Assembly: GCA_965263295.1 (NCBI GenBank) | Contig: OZ253665.1 | Location: 544,001 to 608,000, forward strand | From: Spirochaetia bacterium | GTDB taxonomy: Bacteria; Spirochaetota; Spirochaetia; SP-2023 | Direction of reading: 5' to 3' | DNA: 64,000 nt | Part shown: positions 60,656 to 64,000 of the stretch, piece after piece | Numbering within the stretch: position 1 is the stretch's first letter | Layout: the number at the start of each line of letters is the position of its first letter | Position numbers and translations under genes: made by a program | The notes under the pieces: generated by a model | The model's input: the letters and a program-made list of their open reading frames with translations, nothing else | Databases searched by the model: none | Told to the model about the DNA's origin: nothing

Positions 60656-61915
60656 TTAGCTTCCGTGAAGCAATTCCAGGTAAAGGTTGTGCAGCAACAG
60701 GGCCACTGGTTCATGATATATTTTATGGCGTTCGACAGCCTTGCTGCCGAGCTGCAAAAAGCGTTGATACCAAGGAAAGTTATGTTCGGCGAGCAAATGA
60801 TTGGAGTCGCGGTGCTGCGAAATGCACTCCCGTTGCAGGGCAGCGCCCAAGTTCTGGAGAAAGGCCTCAATATCAATTTTATCAAAGCTAGATCGCAGCG
60901 TAAAAAATGGGCGCTGTTCACGCAAAGAGCGCAGGAATAAATCGCATTCGGCCTGAATGGCGCTAGAGTCTTGTTCGCCCGTCAAGAAAAGTTCTTTCAA
61001 CGTTTCGGTATTTGAGCTGCGAAATACTTTTTTTACAATGACTCGTTCTTCATTTGTACCGCGCTCGCGCAGGGCGACTAAGCGCAGGCGAGAGAGAACT
61101 GTAGGTAGCAAGGTGTGCTTGCGCCTACTTGTCAAAATAAAATAACAGTTGCGAGGAGGTTCTTCCAGTAATTTGAGCATGGCGTTAGCGGCTGAAATGC
61201 TCATTGTATCGACATTCTCCAGAATCGCAACTTTTGCGGTCTCACTGGTTTGGTAGCTCCATTGCTGTAGCTGACGAACCTGTTGAACCGGGATGCTTTG
61301 GGGGATGGCGGCAACCAATAAAGCCGCGAGTTCTTGGCAGCGGTCCATATCCTTGCTCAGGGATTTTTTATCCTGAAAGATGTTTTCTGGTCCCGAACTT
61401 GAATCTGTTGGAGGGGAAAAAATATCTTTGGGGTGCAACTTGGCTAGGAGTTCGACAAATTCCTCCTGGGCTTTCTGGGCCTTGCGTTCTTTGTCGGTTC
61501 TACTTTTTCCATCCTTCCACAGGGTTTTGTCAAAACGCTTGAGGATCTTGTTCAGGCTGCGCAGCCAGACCAACAGCAGTATGCGCAGTTGCTTTATCTC
61601 AAGCTGTCTCTCCCAGGCCTGCTCAAAAAAGTGCCGACAGATTTTGGTCTCATTGGCAAAACCGGAGTTCCCCAGTACAAGGACTTGAGGCTGTGACAGC
61701 TCTCTTTGCTGCCGGCAAGACCAGCAGCGGCAGGTCCATTTGCCCGGTTCAGTCCGGTTTTGACAGGTCAGAACTCGGGCTAGTTCAAGGGCCAGTGTCG
61801 TCTTGCCACACAGAGGCCCACCATATATAAGGATAGATGGAGGGAGGCTGCGGTCATTTAAATCTGTTGCCAGTTCTGCACAAGCGGTTTTTTGAAAGAG
61901 AATATTGTCGAACAC
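60656..61915 (-). CDS. holB: DNA polymerase III delta' (HolB)-like protein
   Basis: GPLCGKT, C..C.C..C, ANAMLKLLEEPP, LPTVLSR. Confidence 0.8.
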   Translation of the reverse strand: MFDNILFQKTACAELATDLNDRSLPPSILIYGGPLCGKTTLALELARVLTCQNRTEPGKWTCRCWSCRQQRELSQPQVLVLGNSGFANETKICRHFFEQAWERQLEIKQLRILLLVWLRSLNKILKRFDKTLWKDGKSRTDKERKAQKAQEEFVELLAKLHPKDIFSPPTDSSSGPENIFQDKKSLSKDMDRCQELAALLVAAIPQSIPVQQVRQLQQWSYQTSETAKVAILENVDTMSISAANAMLKLLEEPPRNCYFILTSRRKHTLLPTVLSRLRLVALRERGTNEERVIVKKVFRSSNTETLKELFLTGEQDSSAIQAECDLFLRSLREQRPFFTLRSSFDKIDIEAFLQNLGAALQRECISQHRDSNHLLAEHNFPWYQRFLQLGSKAVERHKIYHEPVALLLHNLYLELLHGS

Positions 61916-62280
61916 GTTGTATCCCTCTAATCATAAGCTGTGGATAGCTTAGACTGGCCGATAATTTCTATCTTTGTAATGTGACAGTCTAGCTTGCAGA
62001 AAGCTGCCAGTTAAGCCAATATAGCCATTTCACTTCGCAGGTGGAAGTCGATTCTCAATGTGAATTGACAAATAACTTTGATCCTGTTATCTTGGCCGCC
62101 ATATTTAATTAATATCTTTATCAAAAAAAGTGTGAAAAAAATCTAAAAACTGCCGAAAAAATAAAAAAATATTGTATAATCAAAAGAATTTTTAACCTAA
62201 GTTTGGGTCTTGGATAAAGTTCCCAATAACGCTCCCTCATGGAAGAGAGTATTATATTATCTGTTAGGAGTTGTGTAGTT

Positions 62281-63180
62281 ATGATTATTAATCACAACCT
62301 CAGTGCCTTGAATACCCAGCGTCTTCAGGGTCTCAATGATGCGGCCGCAAGTAAGGGTATCGCACACCTTTCTTCGGGTTCACGCATTAACCGTGCAGCC
62401 GACGATGCTGCGGGACTGGCCATCTCGGAGAAAATGCGCGCGTATGTCTCTGGTCTGAACCGGGCCAGTCGTAACATTCAGGATGGGGTTTCCTTTATTC
62501 AGGCTACCGAAGGCTACCTGAGTGAAACAACCAGCATTATTCAGCGCTTGCGTGTCCTGGCTGTGCAAGCTGCTAACGGTATTTATCAGCAGGAAGATCG
62601 CAACCAGATCACGGTTGAAGTCAGTCAGCTGGTCGCCGAGGTAAATCGCATTGCCAGTCAGGGGCAGTTTAATGGTATAAACATGCTGGATGGTTCTTTT
62701 TCTGGCGGCACCCAGCAGCAGCCTGCTGTCGCCGCTGCTGCTGCTAGCGGTCAGGTAGCCGCCCCGGTTGTTCAGACTGGGGGAAATGGCGGTTTGGTCG
62801 TTCATATGGGGGCGAATGCTGACCAGCTCCTTAGTATTGCGATTGGCGATATGGGTGCGAGCAGCTTGGGTATTGACACGGTTGATTTGTCTAGTTCTGA
62901 TGGCGCTAACACGGCATTGGGGCAGTTGGATAATGCCCTTCAGATTGTCAACAAGCAGCGGGCTGATCTCGGTGCTTATCAGAACCGTCTCGCTCAGGCT
63001 CGAGAAGGTGTCGATGTCGCTGCAGAAAATCTACAGTCTGCGGAGTCGCGTATTCGTGATGCAGATATGTCATCGCAGGTTGTCAATTTTACTCGCGAGC
63101 AAATTAAATCTCAAGCGGCTACCGCTATGCTGGCTCAGGCCAACCAGCGCCCGCAGCAGATTCTACAGCTTTTACGCTAG
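62281..63180 (+). CDS. flaB: Flagellin (FlaB-type filament core protein)
   Basis: [60 protein letters not shown]. Confidence 0.93.
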   Translation: MIINHNLSALNTQRLQGLNDAAASKGIAHLSSGSRINRAADDAAGLAISEKMRAYVSGLNRASRNIQDGVSFIQATEGYLSETTSIIQRLRVLAVQAANGIYQQEDRNQITVEVSQLVAEVNRIASQGQFNGINMLDGSFSGGTQQQPAVAAAAASGQVAAPVVQTGGNGGLVVHMGANADQLLSIAIGDMGASSLGIDTVDLSSSDGANTALGQLDNALQIVNKQRADLGAYQNRLAQAREGVDVAAENLQSAESRIRDADMSSQVVNFTREQIKSQAATAMLAQANQRPQQILQLLR

Positions 63181-63204
63181 GCTTTTAGTAAAGGATGCTC
63201 TCAA

Positions 63205-63235
63205 AGCAGCGCATTCTGCGCTGCTCTTTGTGTTT
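63205..63235 (+). terminator. Intrinsic terminator after flagellin
   Basis: AGCAGCGCA-ttc-TGCGCTGCT followed by CTTTGTGTTT. Confidence 0.7.
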
Positions 63236-63517
63236 ATTAGGTAGGAAGTAATAGCGTGGGATAGCTTTAACGGGAAGTTATATTGTCATTTTTGATAAGA
63301 CTGGAAAGCTAATTGTATTGGTCAATTATACAATAGAAAAAAACTTGATAGTTCTTGTTATATAAATTGATTATATATAAAGTGGGAGACAAAAATTTTT
63401 GTGGGTAGTATAAATATTTGTTTAAATATTTATACTGATTTGTTGAAATATATAGCAATTAATTGTTAGATTATTGTTATTGTTTTTGATGTCTAGAGTT
63501 TCTGAGTAGGCCTTCCT

Positions 63518-64000
63518 GTGGAAAAAATCAATATTCCGATTGGTTTTAAACTGATAACTATCACTTCGTTGATTCTTCTAATTAGTTTAATTGGAACGAA
63601 CTATATTGCGGGCATTTTTTTTGAACGTGATACAATTGCCCGTATCCAGGAAGTTACGGCAGATAAGTCTCGTTTGTTATCATTTAAAGTGCAAGCGGAT
63701 TTAACCTATTTACTGCGTCAGGTCTACGTGGTTGCAAGCAGCTTGCTCAGTCAATATGAAGCAGGTAATTATGATGATGGCCTAGAAGAGCAGCGCCGAC
63801 TGGAAGAGCTGGCAAGTTTTGATAAGTTGTTTTACATCGCTGTTTACAGTCAAGAAAAAGACTTAGTTCTAGATCAGATCAATTTACAGAATATTGATGG
63901 AATTACTGATCCAGAAATGTTTCGCGACCTTACGGCACGCACTGACTTTTTAGGGGGAGTGTCGCGGGATCTTTTACTATATAACGTTAGTTCCATGGCC
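63518..64000 (+). CDS. Partial membrane sensor-type protein, runs off the window
   Basis: Open frame from GTG 63518 to the end: IPIGFKLITITSLILLISLIG (TM), then an extracellular region; not in the ORF track. Confidence 0.6.
   Translation, partial: MEKINIPIGFKLITITSLILLISLIGTNYIAGIFFERDTIARIQEVTADKSRLLSFKVQADLTYLLRQVYVVASSLLSQYEAGNYDDGLEEQRRLEELASFDKLFYIAVYSQEKDLVLDQINLQNIDGITDPEMFRDLTARTDFLGGVSRDLLLYNVSSMA

Noticed and set aside
61934..62230. sigma28 promoter for flagellin (GCCGATAA at 61957, GCCGAAAA at 62152)
   Set aside because: No TAAA-like -35 at the expected 15-16 bp spacing.

Overview
64 kb of a bacterial chromosome, most likely a spirochaete (inferred from the FlaB-type flagellin, holB next to a PAS histidine kinase, eukaryote-type hexokinase and spirochaete-style lipoproteins). 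The first ~16 kb is accessory. It holds a complete type I-C CRISPR-Cas locus (cas3-cas5-cas8c with internal cas11-cas7-cas4-cas1-cas2) and an array of 62 intact 32-bp repeats and 62 spacers (56 unique, counted by hand). The final repeat is split by a 748-bp non-coding TGT...ACA element with a 5-bp target-site duplication. Next come a truncated TetR-like gene, a MAPEG gene, a decayed IS5-family element inside a VOC pseudogene, and tRNA-Ser. The rest is mostly core genes (murE, aroA, ABC-F, serS, HU, cysDN, luxS, ribBA, ribH, rnhA, holB, flaB) and two more tRNAs. The most unusual signals are: (1) the Mu/Tn7-like mini-element inside the CRISPR repeat; (2) a modular CACGAAA-type palindromic repeat family shared by that element and an intergenic site 25 kb away; (3) a four-gene cluster of binding protein, motif-degenerate DAACS transporter, Cache-type adenylate cyclase and Asp/Glu racemase; (4) a 561-aa protein with a split HPr domain. 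All protein calls come from motif recognition by eye; no database searches were run.
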